In this document: positions 54,314 through 63,072 of the stretch, piece by piece
Numbering within the stretch: the stretch's first letter is position 1
Layout: each line of letters opens with the position of its first letter
NCBI GenBank assembly: GCA_964567995.1
Contig: CAZMOB010000001.1
Coordinates: 120,591-184,590, forward strand
Source of the DNA: an uncultured Gammaproteobacteria bacterium
Lineage (GTDB): Bacteria > Patescibacteriota > Patescibacteriia > 2-12-FULL-60-25
Length of the DNA: 64,000 nt
Direction of reading: 5' to 3'
Notes under the pieces: model-generated
Seen by the model: only the letters and a program-made list of their open reading frames with translations
The model's database searches: none
Told to the model about the DNA's origin: nothing
Translations under genes and position numbers: made by a program

Positions 54314-56320
54314 TTAACGCCCGGTTTGTCGGATGAAGGTCGCGCCACCGCCTGCGGCTGCGCCGCCACCTAGACCTGGAATCCGTAATCCACCCGCCGC
54401 GCCGGTACCTGTTTGTGTCGTTCCGGTTCGAGCGGCGGATGTCTGGAGCGCTGGATCAATCGTACGTGTCACGACATAATCACCTTCCTGCAGTCCTGAC
54501 AGCACTTCTGTTAGCTGATCATTAGCGAGTCCTGCTTGAACAGTACGTGTTTCAGGAGGCGTCGTTGGAACAATACCTTGCGCAGTAAGAGCTAGGGCCG
54601 GATCAATATTCGTCAGAACCTGTACCGATCCACCCGTTCGCAGTGCGACGTTCGGGATAGTGAGGACATCGGTCCGGGTCGCCGTGATGATCGCTGCGGA
54701 AACACTCATACCTGGTTTGATCCGATCATCTTGGGTGACGAACAAAATCTTCACACTGTAATTCACAACACCTTGACTCACGGTGCCGATGGAATCGACT
54801 TCGCTGACATTTCCAGCGATCGTCAGATCGGGAAGTGCATCGAAGGTCAGTGTAGCTTTTTGGCCAACCTGAATTTTTGAAACATCAACTTCATTCAAGC
54901 TGATCTGGGCGATCTTGGCGTGGGTGAGCAAGGTCACGAGCGCCGTCGAAGCGGAGACAGCGTCATGTTCTTTGACGGAAACTTTCGCGATGATCCCCTC
55001 GAATGGGGCGCGGATTGTATAGTTCTGTAGGAGTTCCTGCGCGTCGCGCAGCTTATTTTGGGCATCCACGACCGACGCTCGACGCTGTTGAATCGTATTC
55101 TGTGCGCTCGAAAGATCGAGTGGATCGGTTCCGCGTTTCAATTTGTTGAATGAGGCTTGGGCTTCTTGGACACGTTCCTCAGCCGATGCGATCTCGGCGG
55201 GCTCAGGTCCTTTCTTGAGTTTGTCGAGCGTTAAGCGAGCCTTGTCTAAATTACGCACACCACTCGAATAGGACTCTCGAGCCGAGTCGAGTGATTGTCT
55301 GAGCGAGGTCAGAGAGGTAAGTCTGCTCGTGATATTCGATCGATCGCTTTGGGCGGTGCTCTTTAGAGAATTTAGAGTGCTTTCACTCAACGCGGCTGAA
55401 GACACAGTATTTTGCAGTACATCATAAACGCCCTGTATAAGTGGATCCATGAGAGTCAGCGTGCTCTGCGCTTTTTGAATGACCTCATCAATAGTATCGG
55501 TCGATTCATTCTGCGCTTGGAGCCGATCTGTTAGCGTTTTCAGTTCCCGAACGGGCGTGCGAGCTTGGGCGTAGAGATTCTTGGTGGTTTGCAGCTTGGC
55601 CGAATCTTGAGCGGACAAAAATTGCTCATAGGCATCGTTGGCTGAAGTTCGATCAACACCTAACACATCATCTGCGCTATACAGTGTTTGCGTTAGCGTT
55701 TGAGACAGGGTTTTTAGGGTTGGAACGCTGGTGTTATAGGCGTCACGGATAATTTTTGGTGTAACCCCATCAGATGAAAGTCCAACAGTTTCTTCTTGTG
55801 CACGGATGTCAGCTTCCGCCTGGCGTAAGTCGAGTTCATCCGGAGGTTCGCGTAGTTGATCGAGGGCTCGTTGCGCTTGTCGAACAGAATTCTCCGCTTG
55901 AATCACGGCTACTTGGTCTGGTGGTTGTTGGAGCTTGCGTAAGGATAACTCAGCTGACGCGAGAGAGATCTGAGCATCGCTCACGCCTCGACTCGCATCA
56001 CGGATGGTTTTCTGGGCTTCTTTCGGATCCAATTGAAATAGGATTTGGCTGCTGGAGACATTCTGACCGGATTGTACAAGGACTTTAATAATCTCAGCTG
56101 AAACGGTTGGTTTCACATCGATCTGATTCTGGCCAGATACCTGACCACTTCCGGAGATCGAGGTAATAACGGTTCCTTTGGTAGCCGCAGCTACAACATA
56201 CCGCAGTGGCTCTTGAGGTGTGCGCATCTTTGCCCAAATTGTTCCGCCGCCAACTAAGCCAAGTCCGAGGATGATAAACCAAACTTTGTGTTTCAGAAGT
56301 GTTTTTTTGAAGTTTGCCAT
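54314..56320 (-). CDS. HlyD/MacA-family periplasmic adaptor with very long coiled-coil hairpin
   Basis: N-terminal TM helix, a biotinyl-lipoyl-like segment (VKPTVSAEIIKVLVQSGQNV), about 350 aa of heptad-rich sequence, a beta-barrel/MPD region and a Gly-rich tail. Confidence 0.8.
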   Translation of the reverse strand: MANFKKTLLKHKVWFIILGLGLVGGGTIWAKMRTPQEPLRYVVAAATKGTVITSISGSGQVSGQNQIDVKPTVSAEIIKVLVQSGQNVSSSQILFQLDPKEAQKTIRDASRGVSDAQISLASAELSLRKLQQPPDQVAVIQAENSVRQAQRALDQLREPPDELDLRQAEADIRAQEETVGLSSDGVTPKIIRDAYNTSVPTLKTLSQTLTQTLYSADDVLGVDRTSANDAYEQFLSAQDSAKLQTTKNLYAQARTPVRELKTLTDRLQAQNESTDTIDEVIQKAQSTLTLMDPLIQGVYDVLQNTVSSAALSESTLNSLKSTAQSDRSNITSRLTSLTSLRQSLDSARESYSSGVRNLDKARLTLDKLKKGPEPAEIASAEERVQEAQASFNKLKRGTDPLDLSSAQNTIQQRRASVVDAQNKLRDAQELLQNYTIRAPFEGIIAKVSVKEHDAVSASTALVTLLTHAKIAQISLNEVDVSKIQVGQKATLTFDALPDLTIAGNVSEVDSIGTVSQGVVNYSVKILFVTQDDRIKPGMSVSAAIITATRTDVLTIPNVALRTGGSVQVLTNIDPALALTAQGIVPTTPPETRTVQAGLANDQLTEVLSGLQEGDYVVTRTIDPALQTSAARTGTTQTGTGAAGGLRIPGLGGGAAAGGGATFIRQTGR

Positions 56321-56332
56321 ACCGTAAGCGGC

Positions 56333-56785
56333 TTAGGGGCGAGTAGGGAAGAGGCGAATCAAGCGCGCTTCAATTTGGCCTTGTTCGTTTGGAAGGCCGA
56401 ACACACCAACTTCTCTGTCGGGTCGAAGATCTCCGAGCGAAGCGGTTCCACGGTCGACGCGTAGCACGGTTGAGCTCGTGATCAGGACGTTTTGTTCAAA
56501 CTGATCTTGGCCTTCAATCATAAAATTCGTGCCGGTGGCAGAGAGGATACGGCCGAACACGCCATTCGGAAGCGGCATCGGTCGATGTGGAGGCGCTGGA
56601 ATCAAGGTCTTGCTCCCGCGATGAGGCTTGAGCATGTCAGGGTAGTGATCGCACCAATTGGAAAAATGACGAGTGCGCCGCTCGTTGGTTTTTACTCCCG
56701 CGAGAAACGCCAAACACAGGAGAAGGAGAACGATTAGAACACCCAGAACGATCTGAACTGCTTTTGAGGTGATAAATGGTTGCAT
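56333..56785 (-). CDS. Membrane-anchored hypothetical protein (DUF5666-like)
   Basis: 150 aa. An N-terminal TM helix and a C-terminal ..GTASLGDLRPDREVGVFGLPNEQGQIEARLIRLFP beta domain. Confidence 0.5.
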   Translation of the reverse strand: MQPFITSKAVQIVLGVLIVLLLLCLAFLAGVKTNERRTRHFSNWCDHYPDMLKPHRGSKTLIPAPPHRPMPLPNGVFGRILSATGTNFMIEGQDQFEQNVLITSSTVLRVDRGTASLGDLRPDREVGVFGLPNEQGQIEARLIRLFPTRP

Positions 56786-56791
56786 AGGAAA

Positions 56792-57202
56792 TTAGGTCGG
56801 ACGGAGCAGGACGGCTTGGCGGACTTCACGCAGACGCAAGAGAAAACCAATCACAAAGGTCAGACAAAGGACGAGTCCGAGGCCAAGGACGAGCGATTGG
56901 ATGGGCACTGTTTCGATGAGACTCCAGGCGGTTTCTTGAAAATTGGCAAATACAATATCCGGATCAGAAAAACCTAAGCGAATGAGCTGAAAGAAGGAGG
57001 ATTCTTGAATTTCCAACCAGACATCAGACCAAAAAAAGGTCACATAGCCAGCCAGCGCGAGCGTGGCGAGGCTCGCGATCCCAGCTTCTAAACGAATGCG
57101 GTGAATGGTTGCCCGTTGAATCTGGGCGCTGATGTTAGCCTGCAAATGGGCGGGCGCATCAGGGGTCATGAGCTGTTCCTTCAAAAACGCACGTTCTGTC
57201 AT
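56792..57202 (-). CDS. Putative anti-sigma factor / membrane protein
   Basis: 136 aa with 2-3 TM helices, immediately downstream of the ECF sigma gene. Confidence 0.45.
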   Translation of the reverse strand: MTERAFLKEQLMTPDAPAHLQANISAQIQRATIHRIRLEAGIASLATLALAGYVTFFWSDVWLEIQESSFFQLIRLGFSDPDIVFANFQETAWSLIETVPIQSLVLGLGLVLCLTFVIGFLLRLREVRQAVLLRPT

Positions 57203-57231
57203 AGTGGCTAGCGATACTACGAGGTCTAGGC

Positions 57232-57819
57232 CTATTTTGGTGCAGGCGGCTCAACTAAGCGCCCGACGATCTCTTTGAGGGCGATCAGTGCTCGGCGATA
57301 GCGACTTTTGACTGTATTTAAAGGTTCACGGACGCTATCGGCGATTTCCTGGAAAGTCAGGTCTTCCCCTTCGTGGAGCAGGAGAATCGTGCGAGTTTTT
57401 TCGGGAAGTTCCCGTAGAGCTTGTTCTAAAAGGTCGGCACGATCCGCTCGCTCCAGAAGCTCCGGTGGGAGTGGACGTTCGTCTTCGATCCGATCTTGAA
57501 AGGGTTCTTCCAAAATGGATTGATCATTCAGAGTGGAGAAGGGAATCGCCTTTTTCTTTTTGAGATAATCGAAGGCGGTATTCCGAGCGATCGTAAAAAT
57601 CCAACTCTTAAACGAGCGCTCTGCTTGAAACGAGGACAGCTTGCGCCAGGCTTTGAGACAGGTTTCTTGAACGAGATCTTCTGCAACGGCTGGTTCTCCA
57701 GACAGGCGTAAAATAAAACGATACAGCGGTCCCGTATAGCGCGTGAGCAGGGTGTTGAAGGCCTGTGGATCGCCTTTTAGGTGCCGTGCAACCAGCTCCG
57801 TATCTGTCAGAAGAGGCAT
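57232..57819 (-). CDS. ECF-type RNA polymerase sigma-70 factor
   Basis: Region 2 (..DLVQETCLKAWRKLSSF..SWIFTIARNTAFDYLKKKK) and region 4 (LPEKTRTILLLHEGEDLTFQEIADSVREPLNTVKSRYRRAL). Confidence 0.9.
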   Translation of the reverse strand: MPLLTDTELVARHLKGDPQAFNTLLTRYTGPLYRFILRLSGEPAVAEDLVQETCLKAWRKLSSFQAERSFKSWIFTIARNTAFDYLKKKKAIPFSTLNDQSILEEPFQDRIEDERPLPPELLERADRADLLEQALRELPEKTRTILLLHEGEDLTFQEIADSVREPLNTVKSRYRRALIALKEIVGRLVEPPAPK

Positions 57820-57861
57820 CTTCTCTACGCTACCCCCTTCTCACGGCAAGTTCAATGCGGT

Positions 57862-58668
57862 TTATTTGTTCCCGACGACATTGATGAACGGCAGGCTTGA
57901 GCCAGGCACCATGGTTTCTGGGAGTTGACCATTCCATTTTTTAACAGCTTCAACCTGTGCTTCCAATGCTTTGAGTGCGATGTACTTGTCATTGTTGGCC
58001 GCTTCGGATTGGAGCTTGATAGCGGTGGCCTCGGCTTGTGCTTGGGCGACACGTTGTTCAGCTTGAATCTTGGCGGTCTTCAATTCGTTCTCCGCGCGTT
58101 TCGAATCTTGTTCGGCGACTTGCTTGCGCTCGATCGCAGCTTCGAAGGCGGGGGAGAAGGATTCGTTGACCATCGAGAATTGGCTTACGATGATGTGATT
58201 GGCGGCGACAGAGGCACGAACGGTTTCTTCGATTTCATCTTGAACGAGTGCGCGCTGGTTCAAAATCTCTTCGGCCGTGTACTTGGCGATCGTTTGCTTG
58301 ATAGCGGCTTCGAGAGAGGGTTGAATAACTTTTTCTTCAAAGGCTGGCCCAATTTCTTGATAGATTTTTCCGACTTGCACAGGATCAAGCTGATAGAGAA
58401 GCGCACTTTCGATATTCACGACTTGCAAATCTTTGGAGTAGGCTTCTGAAGATTCGACGGTGTATTTGTTGCTGCGCACATCCATTTTGACGACACTTTC
58501 GGCGATGGGTACAACAAGATGAAGTCCTGGTTCAAACACGCGACCCTCAAAAGCGCCCCAGCGCAAGACGACTCCGCGTTCTCCCGCGTCAATCGTCGTG
58601 AAGGGATTGATAATCAGGACGACAATGATACCCACAACGATAAGAATAGCGGTGAGGACTTTTTTCAT
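57862..58668 (-). CDS. SPFH/band-7 (prohibitin-like) membrane protein
   Basis: Start moved to ATG 58668 (MKKVLTAILIVVGIIVVLII). SPFH core ..ERGVVLRWGAFEG.. and a C-terminal coiled coil (AEQRVAQAQAEATAIKLQSEA). Confidence 0.85.
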   Translation of the reverse strand: MKKVLTAILIVVGIIVVLIINPFTTIDAGERGVVLRWGAFEGRVFEPGLHLVVPIAESVVKMDVRSNKYTVESSEAYSKDLQVVNIESALLYQLDPVQVGKIYQEIGPAFEEKVIQPSLEAAIKQTIAKYTAEEILNQRALVQDEIEETVRASVAANHIIVSQFSMVNESFSPAFEAAIERKQVAEQDSKRAENELKTAKIQAEQRVAQAQAEATAIKLQSEAANNDKYIALKALEAQVEAVKKWNGQLPETMVPGSSLPFINVVGNK

Positions 58669-58771
58669 AGATTGGCCTAGTTTGCCTGGTGTGAAGCCCC
58701 CTGAGAAGGGGGTGGGTTCTAAATTGACGAAAGTGCAGTTCGCCCGTATGATAGCGCCACAATTCACCCAT

Positions 58772-58845
58772 TCGGAGATCGTCTAATGGTAGGACAGCGG
58801 CCTTTGAAGCCGTGAATCTTGGTTCGATCCCAAGTCTCCGAGCCA
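58772..58845 (+). tRNA. tRNA-Gln (anticodon UUG), CCA encoded
   Basis: TCGGAGA-TC-GTCT-AATGGTA-GGAC-A-GCGGC-CTTTGAA-GCCGT-GAAT-CTTGG-TTCGATC-CCAAG-TCTCCGA-G-CCA. The U1-A72 pair and G73 are as in bacterial tRNA-Gln. Confidence 0.9.
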
Positions 58846-58847
58846 AC

Positions 58848-58879
58848 AGAAAAAAACTAGGGATATCCCTGGTTTTTTT
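58848..58879. terminator. Bidirectional terminator between tRNA-Gln and the paralog array
   Basis: AAAAAAA-CTAGGG-ATAT-CCCTGG-TTTTTTT. Confidence 0.75.
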
Positions 58880-58976
58880 GTTGGTACACTTCCGTTAAGT
58901 AGACAGACCAGTTTTCTAGCGCTTCACAAGAAGTCATCCAGTGAATTGCTAAAAATCGCAATGGAGAAGTAAATAT

Positions 58977-60002
58977 TTACGTAATTTCCTTCCGAAACAC
59001 CAAGAATCGATCTGTTGCATACCAGTAACGGTTAAAATCATCCCCATGTAGTCCAGAAGGCTCATCATCATACGAATCCATACCAAACCGATCATCTTTT
59101 ACTTTATGGCTAAGATGGGGAACGGTACGATCCCCTCCTAAGGTAGGTGAGAATACGGAACCAAGTGCGTAGATGTGAGTTGCATTTGCTCTTTGTGCTT
59201 TCTCTGTGTCGCTTAGAGCCGTTTTTGGTTTCCAGTATTTCTTGGAATAAGCCAACAGCTCTTTCATCGTCGCCGGACGAACGCCAGCTTCATCAAAGGC
59301 TTCTAATACTTCTTTGGTTGTGAGCTTTGCTAGAGACTCTGTTTTTTTCTTCTGTTTTTCACCAATCAGATCATCAATATAAAAAAGTCTTGCAGGCGGC
59401 AAAACTTCGGGGAGATGAGTGACGTCCACGGCCTGTAAGAATGCTTGCCGCTTTGCTGGATCTGCGACCGCATAGCCAATGTTCACAAGATCCATGTCCA
59501 TGACCGTGAATCTTGTTTTGAGATCCCAACCCGGTTCGTCATAGTAGTCCCAAACCGTATCAAGCTTGCAGTAGGTTTTAATCTCTTCTATTGGGGGAAG
59601 TTCTCGCCAGTCCGGAAGATCTTCTGGCTCAAGCAGAAACTCGTCTGGAGCCAACTCGTAACGTGCACGAATACTCTCAGACGCTGGTCGACCCTGTGCA
59701 ATGTCAGCCAGTGCTTCGTAAAGTCGTACCAGATGAGATACATCGGCGGCGACTCGTTCTTGTTCAATATCAGTTTTGATGCCTGCTCCTTTGTTTGTCA
59801 TCTGATCAAGCCATTGTTCGAATAACCTGTATCTTGCCTGCGTGAGGGGAGTACGTTGCAACTCACCAAGATCCTCTTCTTTTCTATAGAGAGGTTCCAA
59901 TCTGATAATGATTCGGCGCATTTCGTGTTTGATACGTTCTCCAAGCTTCGCCTGGGTTTCAGGAGAGGATGAGCTGGACGGAGGGGACTCGAAAGAGAGC
60001 AT
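58977..60002 (-). CDS. RFLVFRK-family paralog P1 (unrecognised family)
   Basis: 341 aa. Motifs: RLEPLY, PLTQARYRLFEQWL, LYEALADIAQGRP, YELAPDEFLLEPEDLPDWRELP, LTTKEVLEAFDEAGVRPATMKELLAYSKKYWKP, IYALGSVFS, DRFLVFRK. Confidence 0.85.
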   Translation of the reverse strand: MLSFESPPSSSSSPETQAKLGERIKHEMRRIIIRLEPLYRKEEDLGELQRTPLTQARYRLFEQWLDQMTNKGAGIKTDIEQERVAADVSHLVRLYEALADIAQGRPASESIRARYELAPDEFLLEPEDLPDWRELPPIEEIKTYCKLDTVWDYYDEPGWDLKTRFTVMDMDLVNIGYAVADPAKRQAFLQAVDVTHLPEVLPPARLFYIDDLIGEKQKKKTESLAKLTTKEVLEAFDEAGVRPATMKELLAYSKKYWKPKTALSDTEKAQRANATHIYALGSVFSPTLGGDRTVPHLSHKVKDDRFGMDSYDDEPSGLHGDDFNRYWYATDRFLVFRKEIT

Positions 60003-60019
60003 ACGAGGACTGATTTTTA

Positions 60020-61012
60020 TTACACTTCTCTGCGAAACACTAAAAATTTATCCTCACTTCTCCAATGATTGTAGAAAGCTGATCCATCTAATTTGCGTAT
60101 ATTCTCTCGATAATCAAGACATGGTACGGTCCGGATGTCTTTTGTATACGTACAGGCGGTTCCCAACGCATGGATATAGCGAGAATTGGCAGACTGATCT
60201 ATCTCCTCTTTCGTCCAAGGATGTGTGGGATTCTGCTCAGGTATCCAGTATTTTCTGGAGTAAGCGAGGAGTTCTTTGAGGATCGCGGGACGAACCCCCG
60301 CCTCATCGAACGCTTCTAGAAGTTCTTGGGTGGAAAGCGCGTCGGAATGAGCTGAGTCTTGTTTTTGCTTTTCTTCGATTATCTTCGTGATGTCGAAGAT
60401 CCTGGCCGGAGGAAGAGCTTCCGTAAAATGATCAACGTCGATGCTGAGTAGGAATGCTTCACGCTTGGCGGGATCGTGTTCGGCATATCCTGCGACTAAA
60501 AGATCGTGTTCTTTTAGTTCAAAATCTCGAAGGGATCGTCCCTCTGAATAATCTATGCCAAACACCCAATCAAGCCTGAATGTTGTTTTGAGAGCTTCTT
60601 CAGATGGAAGTTCGTTCCAACGAGGAATGTCCTCTGGTTCAAGCAGAAACTCATCAGGCGCCAAATCGTAACGCCTCTGATTGCGTTCGGAGATCGGTCG
60701 GTCATGTTTAAGGTCGGCAAGTGCTTCGTAGAGTTGAACGACTTGTGAGATATCGGTTGTTAGCTTTGATCGATCGATACTTGTTCGGACCGATGATCCC
60801 TTTTTTGTTAGCTCTGCAAGCCATTTCTCAAATAACCTATATCTTGTTTGTGTCAGAGGGCTATTCTGTATACGCTCAACTTCCTCATGATCGAGATACA
60901 AAGGTTCCAGCCTTTGAATGGTCCGTCGCATATCGAAAAGAATCTGACGACGAATGTGCTCCTTTTGGTCTGGAGAAATGGGAGTGAATGTGTGCTGATC
61001 GGGGGAGCGCAT
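60020..61012 (-). CDS. RFLVFRK-family paralog P2
   Basis: The ORF track starts at TTG 61018. The first ATG, at 61012, gives MRSPDQHTFTPISPDQKE.., matching the P3 N-terminus. The same motif set is present, ending DKFLVFRR. Confidence 0.85.
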   Translation of the reverse strand: MRSPDQHTFTPISPDQKEHIRRQILFDMRRTIQRLEPLYLDHEEVERIQNSPLTQTRYRLFEKWLAELTKKGSSVRTSIDRSKLTTDISQVVQLYEALADLKHDRPISERNQRRYDLAPDEFLLEPEDIPRWNELPSEEALKTTFRLDWVFGIDYSEGRSLRDFELKEHDLLVAGYAEHDPAKREAFLLSIDVDHFTEALPPARIFDITKIIEEKQKQDSAHSDALSTQELLEAFDEAGVRPAILKELLAYSRKYWIPEQNPTHPWTKEEIDQSANSRYIHALGTACTYTKDIRTVPCLDYRENIRKLDGSAFYNHWRSEDKFLVFRREV

Positions 61013-61030
61013 ACACAAAAGAGTATCTGC

Positions 61031-62026
61031 TTATTCGTCCTTGCGGAAGACAAGAAATCGATCAGTTCGTTTCCAGGTGCTGTTAAATTCTGCTCCATCC
61101 AGTCCGCGTTTATTCTCATGCCACTCAAGACAGGGGGCAACTCGGTCACCGTCTCGAGACATGCCTGATGAGTACGCGGATCCAAGCGCATAGATAGACC
61201 ACGCATGAGCATACTGATCGACCTCCGCATCGGCCGAAGGATCCCTGTCTTCAGGCGTCCAATACTTTTTGGAGTAGGCCAAAAGCTCATGGAGCGTTGC
61301 AGGGCGAACACCAGCTTCGTCAAAGGCTTCCAAGAGTTCTTTGGTTGTGAGTTCTTCGGGATGACTTGGGTCTTGTTTCCGCTTGTCTGCGATGATGCTC
61401 CTGATATCGAAAATCTGGGCGGGTGGAACGGTTTCTGAAAAACGATATCGATCAACGAGATACAATAATGCCTCACGTTTAGCGAGATCGTGCTCGGCGT
61501 AGTGAACATCCAGTAGATCTAGCCCTTTCAGATCAAAATCCTCAAGCGTTCGTCCTTCGGAATAGTCATTTTCAAAGATTCGATCAAGTCTGTATGTTCT
61601 TTTTAGGCTTTCTTCAGATGGTAGTTCGCTCCAATAAGGAATATCTGGTCTTACAAAACGAAACTCGTTGGGGGCGAGGTCGTATTCTTTTCGAAGGTCT
61701 TCGGGGATCGATCTATCCTGTTTGAGATCGGCGAGCATGCGATACAGCTTTATAACCAGTGCTACATCTTCCATCAGTTTCATTTGATCTGTATTTGCTT
61801 GGAGGTGGGTTGTTTGTTTTCCCATTCCATTGAGCCCGTCTTCAAATAGATGGTATCTAGTAGTATCTAAGGATCTCGCTTGTGTGGCACTGAGTTGTTC
61901 TTCATCAAGATACAGGGGTTCCAGTCGTTCAATGATCCGTTGCATTTCCGAAAGAGCTCGACGACGAATACGCTCCTTTTGATCTGGAGAAAGGGGAGTG
62001 AACGTGGGCTGATCAGGCGAGCGCAT
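61031..62026 (-). CDS. RFLVFRK-family paralog P3
   Basis: 331 aa. MRSPDQPTFTPLSPDQKE.., LTTKELLEAFDEAGVRPATLHELLAYSKKYWTPE, IYALGSAYS, DRFLVFRK. Confidence 0.85.
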   Translation of the reverse strand: MRSPDQPTFTPLSPDQKERIRRRALSEMQRIIERLEPLYLDEEQLSATQARSLDTTRYHLFEDGLNGMGKQTTHLQANTDQMKLMEDVALVIKLYRMLADLKQDRSIPEDLRKEYDLAPNEFRFVRPDIPYWSELPSEESLKRTYRLDRIFENDYSEGRTLEDFDLKGLDLLDVHYAEHDLAKREALLYLVDRYRFSETVPPAQIFDIRSIIADKRKQDPSHPEELTTKELLEAFDEAGVRPATLHELLAYSKKYWTPEDRDPSADAEVDQYAHAWSIYALGSAYSSGMSRDGDRVAPCLEWHENKRGLDGAEFNSTWKRTDRFLVFRKDE

Positions 62027-62043
62027 AAAATAGATATGTCCGA

Positions 62044-63051
62044 TTAGTCCTTGCGAAAGACCAGAAATTTCTCATGGATTCCCCAGGTGCCGCGAGGATC
62101 AGAACCATCTAACCGCCGCTGGTTATCACGCCAAACAAGGCAGGAAAGGGATCGGTCATCCGTACCGGCTACAGTATACGAGTAGATAGATCCGAAGGCG
62201 TAAACCACGCTGGCAGAATGAACCGGTTCAGCTTCTTCTGGTATTCGGGGACGATTGGGATCATTCTCAGGACACCAGTATTTTTCGGAATAAGCGAGAA
62301 GTTCTTCAAGGGTCGCAGGACGAACATTTGCTTCGTCGAAGGCGTCTAGGAGTTCTTTGGTTGTGAGTCCTTCGCCATGGTAGGGGTCTAGATTCAGTAT
62401 TTGCTCAATAACTTCAGAGATGTCGAATATTCTGCCTGGCGGAGGGTTTTCTGAAAAATTCTCACGATCAACAAGGTGAAGGAAGGCTTCTCGTTTGGCG
62501 GGATCCTGTTCCGCATAACCGAAATCGATCAGATCCCGATCGTTTGGGTCAAACGCCCGGATGCTTTTTCCTTCGGAATAATCAATTGCAGCAATCCAAT
62601 CAAGCTTGAATCTTCTTTTAAACTCTTGTTCGGATGGCAATTCCGTCAGGTGAGGAGTATCTCCGCGTTCGAAGAGGAATTCGTCGGGAGCGAGATCGTA
62701 TTTGTGTTTCTTTCGGATATCTTCTGGAATAGGTCGACCATGTTTGAGATCGGCCAACGCTTGGTAAAGACCAACGACCTCAGAGACGGCATTGGCTAGC
62801 TCTCCCTGATGGTGAGAGACGGCACGAGCGAAGTCAGGAGTTATATGCGTTTCAAGCCAGCGCTCGAAGAGTGCGTAGCGAGCTTTATCCAATGGTTTGT
62901 GTTGAATGTCGATGAGCTGTGGTCCATCAAGATAGAAGGGTTCTAGTTCTTCCAGCTTCTCTTTCATGGCTGTAAGAATACGTAATCCAAGCTTACGTTC
63001 CGCTTCGGGGCGCGGCTCCAGGTCGGGAAGACGTTCTACTTGGGATCGCAT
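62044..63051 (-). CDS. RFLVFRK-family paralog P4
   Basis: 335 aa. PLDKARYALFERWL, LYQALADLKHGRP, LTTKELLDAFDEANVRPATLEELLAYSEKYWCPE, VYAFGSIYS, EKFLVFRK. Confidence 0.85.
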   Translation of the reverse strand: MRSQVERLPDLEPRPEAERKLGLRILTAMKEKLEELEPFYLDGPQLIDIQHKPLDKARYALFERWLETHITPDFARAVSHHQGELANAVSEVVGLYQALADLKHGRPIPEDIRKKHKYDLAPDEFLFERGDTPHLTELPSEQEFKRRFKLDWIAAIDYSEGKSIRAFDPNDRDLIDFGYAEQDPAKREAFLHLVDRENFSENPPPGRIFDISEVIEQILNLDPYHGEGLTTKELLDAFDEANVRPATLEELLAYSEKYWCPENDPNRPRIPEEAEPVHSASVVYAFGSIYSYTVAGTDDRSLSCLVWRDNQRRLDGSDPRGTWGIHEKFLVFRKD

Positions 63052-63072
63052 AGGGAAAATAAAAGTTCTTTG

